Positions 50,863-62,496 of a stretch of 64,000 nt of DNA are shown here, piece by piece. The stretch comes from Octopus sinensis (Eukaryota). The DNA is taken from the NCBI RefSeq assembly GCF_006345805.1, contig NC_042998.1:9486001-9550000 (forward strand), written 5' to 3'. Made by a program: the position numbers and the translations under genes. The notes beneath the pieces were generated by a model that saw only the letters and a program-made list of their open reading frames with translations, made no database searches and had not been told where the DNA came from. Numbering within the stretch: position 1 is the stretch's first letter; each line of letters opens with the position of its first letter.

Positions 50863-51298
50863 TATTTACAATAACTGCAAACTATACGAATACATTGCCG
50901 ATCTCCGACAGCTAACTCTTATTTATAGTTAGCTAGTAGACTCCATAGGGAAGTCACTGTTTGGCGGGCTTGACTGTTTTTGCTTCAATTTCATTGGTTA
51001 AAATTGTTTCTCGCGTCAGCATCCTACTTGGAGCTACGTGAAGTCTAATTTGCTTCCACTAAACTATTTTCGATGATAGCTTAAATGATAGATCTGTCAC
51101 GTCTGGTAGCAAGAAAGGAAAGCTACATTCGTTCATTTCGTAACGGTCTTGAGTTTCCAGTAAACTGTATTCATTTTGTAAAATAATTATGAGGGATATT
51201 TTTCTGTTTGGCTACACGCGTGGAAATTGTAAAGTTCAATGATTACTTTACAAAACTACACCAATACGCCAAAAATGAAATCAATTGGAACAAAAACT

Positions 51299-51951
51299 GA
51301 AACGAAAATCCGAAAAAAAAAAAAATAGTGCAACAGGTGTAAAAAAATGTGTAGGAAATGATTAGGAAAAAAAAAAAGAATGCGCGCAAAGCAATGGGAG
51401 GATGGCGAGAGGACTTCGGAAAATTCACAAGATCCGAGTTTTTCCATCATAACTTTTACGAAAATGGCTTTGAAATCTTATACAAATATCTTTCAAAGGC
51501 ATAGATTACGATTACGATATACACAAATATATACGATTATATATATATATACACAAATACGGACGTAGTAGAAAACAGCTACTTAGTTCTGTTCACTACT
51601 CTGATTGACTGGTATTGGCGCAATTTGTCTCTTACTCTATTGCGCGCCAATATGCAACCCAACCAATCGCAGCCTTCTGATAAGGTCACGTGAGACAGTC
51701 TCTTCTAAACTTCCAGTGAGCCGATAGATTTTACCCACAAATTTCTTTGTAATTGTAATGAAAGCCTTTTCAAAGGTATTTCTATACAATTTCATTGCTA
51801 AAAGTTATGAGGGAAAAACTCGGATCTTGTGAATTTTCCGAGGTCTTCTCCCCAGCCTCCCGTTGCTTTGCGTACATTTTTTTTTTTCATTTTCGTTTCC
51901 TACACATTTTTTATACACCCATTGCACCTTTTTTTTTCTGATTTTCGTTTC
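51299..51951. repeat. Diverged ~210-bp inverted arms with a ~230-bp spacer
   Basis: Shared core GGAAAATTCACAAGATCCGAGTTTTTCC is inverted at both sides. Confidence 0.8.
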
Positions 51952-52474
51952 TGGATCAAGTTGTAAACATTAACTGAAAATGGCAATATATATGACAGGC
52001 ATTGCTGGTATGGGCAGTTAAGAAGATTTTTTCGCGACCACATAGTTCTGAGTTCAATTCATGGCATCTTGGGAAAATGTTTTTTTTTTATTATAAACTC
52101 AAAACAATCAGTTTATCATATCTTGTGAGTGGAATTTGATTCGCAGAAATTCCAGAAGTACACCGTATGTGTGTGTGATGTGTGCTGCTGTCATAAAAGC
52201 GTCATCCGAGGTGGACGGTGCTCTCCTACCCTGCCAGCTTTGTTACTGTCCAAAATATATCTTGAGTTGTTGTAAACGGACAGAAATAAACGTAGCCTGG
52301 GTAGTTTTAGTTCATCTAAAAAAGATATTTAATCATTGTGAGTGCACAACCACTGAACAGTGCAATTGTAAGATGCAAAACCAATGTTACCTTTCTGATT
52401 GGTTACTTGCCATAATCAGGAGTATAAGTACTCAACACTATAAGAAGTATAACCATTGAAATTTTCTTTTAGAG

Positions 52475-54420
52475 CAGTGGTTCCTAACCTTTTTACTACC
52501 ACATCTCCCCTAGGAATTTGTCCATCTCTCCATGCCCCCCACCCCACCTGCAACTTTGAATAAAATTCCCTCCCAGATTTTAAAGAAAATGTAAAATATG
52601 TTTTTAGTCTTTTTATTGAATATGAATTAGACACATTATACAAAATATGAATAATTTTAAATATAATCACATTATACAAAAAATGAGATACTTGACACTG
52701 CTTCTTAGCTACAAAATCTTGAATGTGTGGTTGAATGCCAGAGAGCACACAATGTAAGTCCCTTTCAATGTTCAGCATGTTTCTGTTCTTGGTCTTGACA
52801 GCAACAAGCGTGGAAAATGCAGCTTCACAAAGATACGTGGATCCAAACACAGCTAAAATCCAAAGAGCCTGCTGTGAGATCAGAGGATAAACAGGAAGAC
52901 ACTTGATCCAGAACATTTCAAGATCCAGTTCTTTGAAGTCTTCCATAGTTGGGGAGTTGAACTTCAGCTCAAGAAACTCCTCTTGCACTTCATCCAAACC
53001 ATCAATTATTTCACACTGAAATGGGTTCCTGATGAATTTCCAAACTTCCCGCTTTTCATCTATATCTGGGAAGTATCTGATGAATTCTGTTTTCAAGACA
53101 GAGGAGTGATTATCTGTTTCTTCAACTCAGAATCAAGGTTACTGTGAATGAGAGCAGAATCCAAGTAACTAAAACTGATTGTATTTCCCTGCTGAATTCG
53201 ACATTTTCAGAGGTCGAGTTTGGCCATGAAGGTTTGAATGGTGCCGTGGTACGTGAGAATGTTGTTTTTCCCTTGTAGTTTAAGGTTGAAAGAATTTATG
53301 CTTCAAAGATGTCCACCAGGTAAGCTAGAGACAGCTGAAAGCCTTCAGATTGGAACTTATCATTGAGATCTGCTTTCTGTTGCAAATCTAGAAATATTGC
53401 TACTTCTTGTAGTTCATAAAGCCATCCAAGCATGTTCCCCTTTGATAGCCTTTGTACATTTATGTGAAAAAGCAATGCTTTATGTTCAGATTATCTTTAT
53501 GCAACAGTTTGAAAAGATGACTGTTTAAGGTTCTACCTTTAAAAAAGTTGATAACCTTGATAGCCATGTTCAGGACATTTCTCATTTCAGTAGGTAAGGT
53601 TCTGGATGCCAAGGCTTCACGATGAAGTATGCAGTGTGTACCTGCAGCAGATAGATTTTTTTTTCTCTCTCACCCTAGTAATGAATCCAGACTGCAAACC
53701 AAGCCTGGCTGGAGCTCCATCAATATGCATCCCTACCAGAGAATCCCACAAAAGTTGGTTTTCCTGAAAGAAGTTTGATACATCACAAAAAATAGCTGCT
53801 GCTATTGTACAACTATCCATAGAGTGACAGAACAGTATTTTCTCTTTTACACAGTTGCCTGAGACAAAACGAATATATTACCAGTAGCTGAGAACCCTGA
53901 GTGATGTCAGTCATTTCATCACACTGGATGGCAAAAACAGGAGAATCCTCTAACTTGGTTGAGAATTTGATCTTTGGTGTCTTGAGACTGTATTGTTTGA
54001 TAGTGAAATCAGGGAAAGCTTGTTTGCACTATCTTTCCCCAGAACAAGTTCTGCTGCACGGAGTAGACTTGGTTTTATGAGAGACTCTCCAATGTTATGG
54101 CTCTTCTTACTCTTTGCAATCAACATGGTGATCTCACAGCCACTGAAATTTGTTGCCTTAATGCCCTACTGACGCCTAATTTAGCTTGCTTCAAGGAATG
54201 TCTTTTTGTTTCAAAGAATGCCTTGGGCTTCTCTGCAAGAGCAGGACGTGTTGTCCTCAAGTGGTGTTCCAAGCATGAGGGCCACATTCCATCATTGCTT
54301 AAGGTTTTGTAACATATCACACAATGGGGGACTTCTGTATCATCCTTTTGGGAAGACACAGAGCTAAATCGAATATATTCGTCAAGATACTTCCATTTCT
54401 TTGGACTCATTGTAAATTAT
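52475..54420 (-). mobile_element. Decayed hAT (Buster/Charlie, ZBED8/SCAND3-like) transposon
   Basis: BED finger CVICYKTLSN...HH, hATC motif FGSTYLCEAAFS, TIR CAGTGGTTCCTAACCTTTT at 52475 preceded by an nnnTAnnn site. Frameshifted, and the other TIR was not found. Confidence 0.88.
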
Positions 54421-55287
54421 TTGATGTGCAATGGAAAAAACAGAAATGTGGACAAAGATAAGGCAAGTGTAAGGTAATGTCAAGGCCCAAGTTAGAATGC
54501 TTGGAGTAAAAAGTTCTGAAAAAAATTTATAACAAAACATTTGGAATAAAAGTTAAATTAAAAGTTATATGGAAAATTTGAACAATAAAATATTGTATTT
54601 ATTTGTATGAAAATATATTAAAAAAAGTTTCTTTAAAAAAGAAAAGATTTTGCATAGCTTTTAGTTTTATCTAGTACTTTCTGTAACATTTAAATCTGAA
54701 TTTTAGTTTAACATTTGGCTTTATATTATAATTTCATTTCTTACAAAAAAACTTACTATATTTTTAACATAAGCATTTGATATTAAAAAGTTTGGTTTTA
54801 TTGTTAAAATCTTTTATTTTTCCAATCTGTGTTTTAATTTTTTGAGACTTTATTAAATTGAGCAATTACATACTTTTTGTTTTATTTCCTATTTTTAAGT
54901 ATATCATACTTTTCATTTTGCTAAAATTTTACAGAATACAAACAGACCAAATGATTATTGAAAACAAATTTTGAAATTGGCTAAATCAATACTGTATTTT
55001 TTTATTATTAAACTTTAGGATACAAATTCTATTTTTATATTTATGAATGTATTTATTTCAAATGTGATAATCTTTGGCACTTATTCTATTCTATATACAA
55101 ATTTATTCAACACTTATAATTATTTACAAAACTGATACAGTGCACCGGGAATTAAAGGCCATTGCGAAATGAACGAATTTAGTTTTCCTTTTTGGCTACA
55201 AGACTTGACAAAACTATCATTTAAGAATCACGTGGGAAATAGTTTAGTGGAAGTAAACTAAATTCAGGTAGCTTAAAGTAAACTGAT

Positions 55288-55370
55288 CACGTGAGAAACA
55301 ATTTTAACCAATGAAATTCAAGCGCGCCAAACAAGTGACTTGCTTCTGGAGTCTGCTGACAACTATAAAA
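55288..55370 (+). promoter_or_regulatory. H2B copy 3 promoter: CACGTG (55288-93), CCAAT (55308-12), TATAAAA (55364-70)
   Basis: Motifs are shared with copy 1. About 280 bp of 5' flank is alignable to the pseudogene flank. Confidence 0.78.
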
Positions 55371-55427
55371 AGCGGCAGTTGTTGGAGACTGGCAAAGCAT
55401 TCGTAGAGTTTGCAGTCAACGTGAATA

Positions 55428-55787
55428 ATGTCAGACAGCGAAGATATCAAGAAACCCGTCAAGCCAAGTTTAGCCAGATCGAAAAGCAAGAAAGTAAAGA
55501 GAAAGAGGAAAGAAAGCTATTCCAACTATATCTATAAGGTTATGAAACAGGTCCATCCTGATACTGGAATCTCCAATAAAGCGATGATCATCATGAACAG
55601 CTTCGTTAACGATTTGTTCGAGAGAATCGCTGCCGAAGCCAGTCGTTTGGCTCAATACAACAGACGTTCGACCATCAGTATTCGAGAGATTCAAACTGCC
55701 GTTCGGCTTTTGATTCCTGGTCAATTGGCCAAACACTCAATATCTGAGGGTACGAAAGCAGTTACTAGATACACTTGCAGTGAATAA
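55428..55787 (+). CDS. H2B: Divergent histone H2B variant, copy 3 (119 aa, ends [10 protein letters not shown])
   Basis: Intact ORF with promoter motifs and stem-loop. Confidence 0.95.
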   Translation: MSDSEDIKKPVKPSLARSKSKKVKRKRKESYSNYIYKVMKQVHPDTGISNKAMIIMNSFVNDLFERIAAEASRLAQYNRRSTISIREIQTAVRLLIPGQLAKHSISEGTKAVTRYTCSE

Positions 55788-55814
55788 ACACTTGGTGTGT
55801 TTCCTGAAATCATC

Positions 55815-55830
55815 GGCCCTTTTCAGGGCC
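55815..55830 (+). promoter_or_regulatory. Histone 3' stem-loop (copy 3)
   Basis: GGCCCTTTTCAGGGCC. Confidence 0.95.
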
Positions 55831-55909
55831 AATTATATTTTCATGAAAGTTTATATCTTTATCATGAATAGCTATGATAAACAACCGATATGTTTCTAAC
55901 TAATTTTTT

Positions 55910-56038
55910 GGATCTTTCGGTAAAGCCAAGAGAAAAAGATGATGTTTTATAAACACACTCTACGAGTGTACGAAGTTTAAAATCTTTTAGTTACATAGAA
56001 ATTATTTTTAAAAACTGCCGTTCAAACCGAAAAGATCC
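55910..56038. mobile_element. Short GGATCTTT MITE about 80 bp downstream of the H2B copy 3 stem-loop
   Basis: Both termini are present. Confidence 0.8.
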
Positions 56039-56689
56039 CTTTTTTTCAGTATTCCTTAAGTGTTTAGATTTTAAATCTAGCAATTCTTATTTCTGTAATT
56101 TCCCCCCATTTTTTTTTTTTTTAATGAATGGTGTACACCTGTTCATGTGTATTTGTCGTACAATGCAGAATCGTTTATTTATGAATTCGGCAATATACAG
56201 AGAATAAGTTTCGAATCATCGCAACTGAGCGTCTTTCACAATCTACTCTTTGTGGAGCCAGGTTTATATTGATATCAAATTTTGGAACAAGGCCAGCAAA
56301 TTTGGGGAACGGGGTAAGTCGATAACATCGACCCCAGAGGTCAACTGGTACTTATTTTATCGATCCCGAAAGGATGAAAAGTTAAGTCAGCCTCGGCGAA
56401 ATTTAAACTCAGAATGTTAAGATAGACGAATTTTTCTTCATTAATTTCTTTGGCACGATGTCCTTTGAGGGTACAGTAAATAAGAAACAGTGATACACTA
56501 TAATAAGTAATTTTATTAGCTACTAAATTCACAGTAAACGATGTAAGCAAAATAAATAGAAATAAAAAACTCGAAATAGCGAAAGTGAATGTAAACAAAC
56601 TTGCGCGTAATTTTCAAAAATGCTCTTAACTTGCGATTTCTGGTTGGTGTAGATTACGAAGTATATTTGCAAAAGAACTAATGCGAAAC

Positions 56690-56935
56690 ACAACGCTCAG
56701 AAACAACATAATTGGAGGGAGATTTCCATGCACTCAACACACCTGGGTTTCAAATAGTACAAACAAGAAGTAACGTACCCTCACAACTAAATCCCCTTTA
56801 CATCTAAAGTGACACACAGCTGCCTCTCCAAAACAACTAGAACTCTTAACTAGACATAACCTTCTGTTCTACATACCTAGCTACCACAACCACTTGCGAA
56901 ACAACCCCTTAAGTTTTATCGGAGCACCTGCTAAA
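56690..56935 (+). mobile_element. LINE endonuclease fragment homologous to 33700-33940
   Basis: IIG-GDFHALN motif and an alignable flank. Confidence 0.55.
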
Positions 56936-57797
56936 TATCATAACACATTCTAGGCTTATTGAGCAAACACCTACGGATGGGCAAATGAATGGGAGAGATA
57001 AGAAATTTAGGGAGGATTGGTGTCGGGTTTGGTGATGATATTCCGAAAACAGATCTCCAACCATACATAGAAACATTACAAAGTAAAGAATTTGTGTTTG
57101 GATGTAGTTCCTTACTTGCTTCACGACTATGTACTTTCATAAAAGAATATGTTGAGATTGGAGGTGGGATTTGCTTGCTATGCTTAGCATGCCTAGCAAC
57201 CACGTAGATGCTCACTCGTTGGCTCTTAGGCATTTTATGTGTATACATAAGCTTTGCCGATTTATTTGAGGGAGAGAGAAAGATAGTGAAAGACAGAATT
57301 ATGTGTGTGTATGGAAAGAAAAAGATAGGGTACTGAGAGATGCATGGACATATATAAATGTGGGAAATGAATTTACTCTTCATTCGTCCCGTCGAAAGAC
57401 TTCAATAATTTCGCTAGTGTCATGACGTCACAATATCGATAATGTTTATCTAGAAAATGTTATGATTTCAAAAGACTTTCTGTCTCATCTCATCTTCGGT
57501 GACAAGAAACTTCGAGATATGTAAGCCGTGGGCCTTAACGAAATGTCTAAAGGCAGGTGTGAAGTCAACATCATCTAGTTTTTGTGTGTGTGTGTGTGTG
57601 CATGGAGTTGTTTTATACACCTTTGAGTTCTTCAACAGCTGTGTTATGCTGGTCGGTACCATTACATAGTTTCATGTTGTACGGTATTGTTATATAACCA
57701 TATGCGTCTTAAAGAAGCTCATCCACTTCTGGATGGTACGTGATGGTTCCAACCAAAAACATACTCCACAGTCGATATATTCATACAGAATGATTTG

Positions 57798-58437
57798 GGA
57801 TCTTTTAGGGTTGAACGGCAGTTTTTTCTAGCGGTGTCATATGAAATTGTCACCCATAATTATGACCCTAGTATCGATCTATTGCATTTCAATCTGTTTT
57901 AGGGTTAGGGTGGGGGGAAGGGTATAATTTTTTCTTCAGAAATGTAAATAAACCCAATCTGTTTCTTAAACGAGGGACATATTCATACGGCACAGAATGT
58001 TTTCAACTCAATAGACGTTGGTTGAAATTGAAGAAAAAAAGTAACAAATATCTTACAAACTATAGAATTTTCTCAATAAAGCCAAGAGAAAAAGATGTTT
58101 TATAAACATATTCTACCAGTATACGAAGTTTAAAAGTTTAGTTTTAGGGTGGGGGGAAGGGTATCTTTTTTTCTTCACAAATGTAAATAAACCCAATCTG
58201 TTTCTTAAACGAGGGACATATTCATACGGCACATAATGTTGTTTACCTAAATGGACGTCATTGATTGGTTGAAATTGAAGGAAAAAAAAAACAACAAATA
58301 TCTTACAAACTATAGAATTTTCTCAAAGCCAGGAGAAAAAGATGTTTTATAAATACATTCTACCAGTATACGAAGTTTAAAATTTTTTAGTTTCCTAGAA
58401 ATTATGTTAAAAACTGCCGTTCAAACCGAAAAGATCC
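57798..58437. mobile_element. GGATCTTT-TIR MITE with internal tandem duplication
   Basis: TSD ATGATTTG/ATGTTTTG (1 mismatch). Confidence 0.85.
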
Positions 58438-59389
58438 ATGTTTTGTTATACACACTTGTGTACGTTTGAAGAGAATGTGACATTAGGTAGCAAGAAGCAT
58501 GATGAGCACGAAATAAAGGTTACTTAAAATATTATCATACATACAAAAAAAAAAAAGGTTATAAACAAGGTAATCTATGTTTGTTGATTTTAATATATTT
58601 GAGAATATTTTCTTCTTACTTCTGTAATGAAGTAAAATGGTTCCTTCATTTTCTGAGAAAACACGTCTACATGTCTTTGGTTACATGTGCGTCTGGGTCT
58701 GTATGTACGTGGTGAACATTTATTGAAGTCCTCTCTGTGTCCTCACAGGCACAATTCTTATATACCTACACATAAAATGTGTGTACATAAGCTGGACAGT
58801 ATATTAGCTGAAATGTTGTGTTAGCAACAAACAAGATGAGGACAAATATTCGTAAAATAATATAATATATTAGATATATATAGGCACAGCCGTAAGATGC
58901 ATTACAGATCTATAGCAATTGGAAGGGCATGACCCAACTCAAACATTAACTACTGTGTGATGTGAGGGCTAAGGGGAAATGAAAGTGTCACCTCTGGAGT
59001 TAGCAAATGACCACTATACCAATAGGTAACTGGACAGAATAAATTTACAATCTATAAATGTCTTTCAATAACCAGTCACTCATCTGGGAAGGCCTTGAAA
59101 TCAATGTTACCATCGGGGGACTATGTGTGACCCAGTAATAATAAAAACACTCAGAGGAGGTCTGCAACCAAATAACTTTACTCAACACTTTGCAGCTGAA
59201 TCAGTGGAGGCAAAGATGCCTCTCATTTACTTGACAATTTATGCAGCACATTGCAGAAATCACTATCTAAGTGTATGTCAAAGCAAACTCTTACACTGTT
59301 TCACCATTGAATTACAAATAATGCTCATCTTCTATGCTTGGATGACCCCACAGCTTCCAAGAGTACAACTATTCGTCTTTGCTTAGATA

Positions 59390-59990
59390 AAATTGTGGAT
59401 GTTAAGTCCCCATGAAGGGGTCTTTCTAACTTGTAACTTATAAATATTACTTCATTTGTATCTAATATCTATGGTTAAAATTTCATCAACAGCAAAAATA
59501 TATGAATTTTCATGGGGGTTATAGCCTTTAGGCATAGAATATAATTTCCAAATTTCATAAAGATCCATTCAGTGCAGTTGATGTAGTTTTGGATCATAAA
59601 AAATTACTAAAATTTGGGAGTTAAGGCCCCCATTAGGGAGTCTTAGAATCCTCATGGGAAATGGAAACTTTGAGAATACTTCTTGATGTGTGTCAATTAC
59701 CCATGGTTGAAATTTCATCAACATTGAAAATTTATGAATTTTCATGGGGGTTCTGCCCACTTTAAGCCATCTCAAATTCAAACCAAACATACTGCATTAT
59801 ACCCGCCTTTATGCATTCCAAATATTATAAGGATCCATTCAGTAATTTTGGTCCATGAAATTGTATGAAACACACAGCATTACCCTTCTCCTTAGGCTTG
59901 GATTTTGTGTTCCAAATTTCATCAGGATCGTTGCAGTAGTTTTCGAATGGTATAAGTAACACATGTAGACATTGGCTTTTATATAATAGA
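59390..59990 (-). mobile_element. Old Helitron-like element with subrepeats; related fragment at about 61390-61570
   Basis: AAATTTCATC...GATCG and CTTTTATATAATAGAT ends typical of small Helitrons. Degenerate. Confidence 0.45.
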
Positions 59991-60022
59991 TATGAATATG
60001 CTCATGTATGGGTGTGTGTGTG

Positions 60023-60060
<38 letters not shown>

Positions 60061-60071
<11 letters not shown>

Positions 60072-60610
60072 AAGATAGATTGATAGATACAATTGAATGG
60101 GCAAACAAGAATATGAGACACTACCTAGAGCTTTTTTTTTTGATAAACCTGGAACTTGTTCTATCAGTTTCTTCTTGTCAAACTAGTAAGTTATGGGGAT
60201 GTAAATAAACGAACAGCAGTTGTGAAGCAGTGATGAGGGAGAAACACAGAGACAAAGGCACACACAAACACTTACATATATACATACATATATATATACG
60301 ATATGATTGATTTCTTTCAGTATCTGTCTACAAAATCCACTGACAAGGCTCTGGTTGGTCTGAGGCTATAGCAGAAGACACATGCAAAGTCATCACACAA
60401 TGGTACTGAACCTAGGACCATGTCTTTTGGAACTAAGTTTCTTACCACACAGCCACACCTGCACCTATGTGTGTGTGTGTATGTGTATATATATATATGT
60501 GTACATATTACATGTACATGTATATATATACACATATACATGTATACATATACATCTATATCTATACATATACAGCTATACATATACATCTATACATGTA
60601 TATATATATA

Positions 60611-60653
<43 letters not shown>

Positions 60654-61175
60654 AAGATAGATTGATAGATACAATTGAATGGGCAAACAAGAATATGAGA
60701 CACTACCTAGAGCTTTTTTTTTTGATAAACCTGGAACTTGTTCTATCAGTTTCTTCTTGTCAAACTAGTAAGTTATGGGGATGTAAATAAACGAACAGCA
60801 GTTGTGAAGCAGTGATGAGGGAGAAACACAGAGACAAAGGCACACACAAACACTTACATATATACATACATATATATATATACGATATGATTGATTTCTT
60901 TCAGTATCTGTCTACAAAATCCACTGACAAGGCTCTGGTTGGTCTGAGGCTATAGCAGAAGACACATGCAAAGTCATCACACAATGGTACTGAACCTAGG
61001 ACCATGTCTTTTGGAACTAAGTTTCTTACCACACAGCCACACCTGCACCTATGTGTGTGTGTGTATGTGTATATATATATATGTGTACATATTACATGTA
61101 CATGTATATATATACACATATACATGTATACATATACATCTATATCTATACATATACAGCTATACATATACATCT

Positions 61176-61220
<45 letters not shown>
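60061..61220. repeat. Near-identical tandem duplication, period about 584 bp, containing a SINE-A remnant
   Basis: Identical ORFs are offset by 584 (60317/60901, 60382/60966). Confidence 0.92.
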
Positions 61221-61221
<1 letters not shown>

Positions 61222-61577
61222 TCTATATATATACATATGTATATTATATATATGTATGTATGCCTGTATATATGTGAGATAATAGCTTCACTTTAATAGT
61301 TTCAGTATTAAAGTGAAAATATCTAACATTACAATAGAGAGATGTTATTGTTTCACTTTTGACACATAATACTGAAATAGTGGAGGAGATATGATATTGC
61401 TCTGGGCTTGCACTAGGCAAGAAGTTAAAAATCTTTTTGGCCTATGACACTACACGAACCCTAAGTAAGGCATGTGTAAAATTTGAATGAAATTGGTTGT
61501 GAAGTTTTCAAGTTTTAGGGATTCACACAGACAGACAGACACACATTCTCATCTTCATATATATAATGATATATATA

Positions 61578-62496
61578 TATATTGAGTGATCCCATAAATA
61601 ATGTGGTTTTTTTATACTTCTTTTACTTTTCAAAATTAAGATAAAGTTCTTTTTTAATCTAAAATATACCCTCCTTCATTTTCTACGCTGCTCTTCCATC
61701 TATCTGGTAGACTTACAAAATTCATTTGTCCGTGACGAAAATACTCCTCCAGTGCTGTTCTGACCTCATCTACAGAATTCATACTTTTCCATCCTTATGA
61801 TTTTGAAGACTGCAGAATAAATGATAATCAGATGGGGTAATGTCTGGTGAATATGGTGGGTGGGGCATCACTCCCTATTCGAACTGCACTAACCTTTGGA
61901 ATGTCATCCTCGCTGTATGTGGCCAAGCATTATCCTGATGGAAGAACACCTTTTGTCTTGAATCCAAAGATGGTCATTTTTCTTCTAGCACTGACTTAAG
62001 CCACTCTAGCTGTTCGTAGTAGATCTCCTTTGTTATCGTTTGGTTTGGGTTTAAAAGTTCAAAGTGGACTAAACTTTTCATATCTAACAGATAACAACAC
62101 CTTACTTGGGTGAAAACCTTTAGCCTGGGGTGCCAGTGTTTCTCCTTTCTCTACCCACTGTCTCTGGTACTTGACATTTTTATAGAGAAACCATTTCTCA
62201 TCACCACTCACTATTCGGTCCAAAAGAGGTTCATTTGTGAGACGTGACAGCAAAGAAGAGCGCACATACACTCTCTGGATGTAATTAGACTGGGAAAGTT
62301 TGTGAACAAAACACTGACCCAATTTGTTGACTTTCCCAATGGCATGCAGGTGCCGATGAATGGTTAAATGATCAAATCCAAGCTTCTCTGCTATTTCCTC
62401 AACAGTTACAAAGGGATTTTGTTCCACCAGGGTTTGCAGGATGTCCTTGTCAAGCTCTACAGATCTTCCAAGATGAGGCTCATAAGTTCTGGAACT
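61578..62496 (-). mobile_element. Second mariner (Mos1/SETMAR-like) remnant, 5'-truncated by the Penelope fragment
   Basis: HTH-like VEEIAEKLGFDHLTIHRHL and IVSGDEKWFLY. TA plus TIR-like end at about 61578. Confidence 0.85.

Noticed and set aside
52416-54410. Possible domesticated ZBED8/SCAND3-like gene
   Set aside because: Multiple frameshifts and stops and a retained TIR indicate a decayed hAT.
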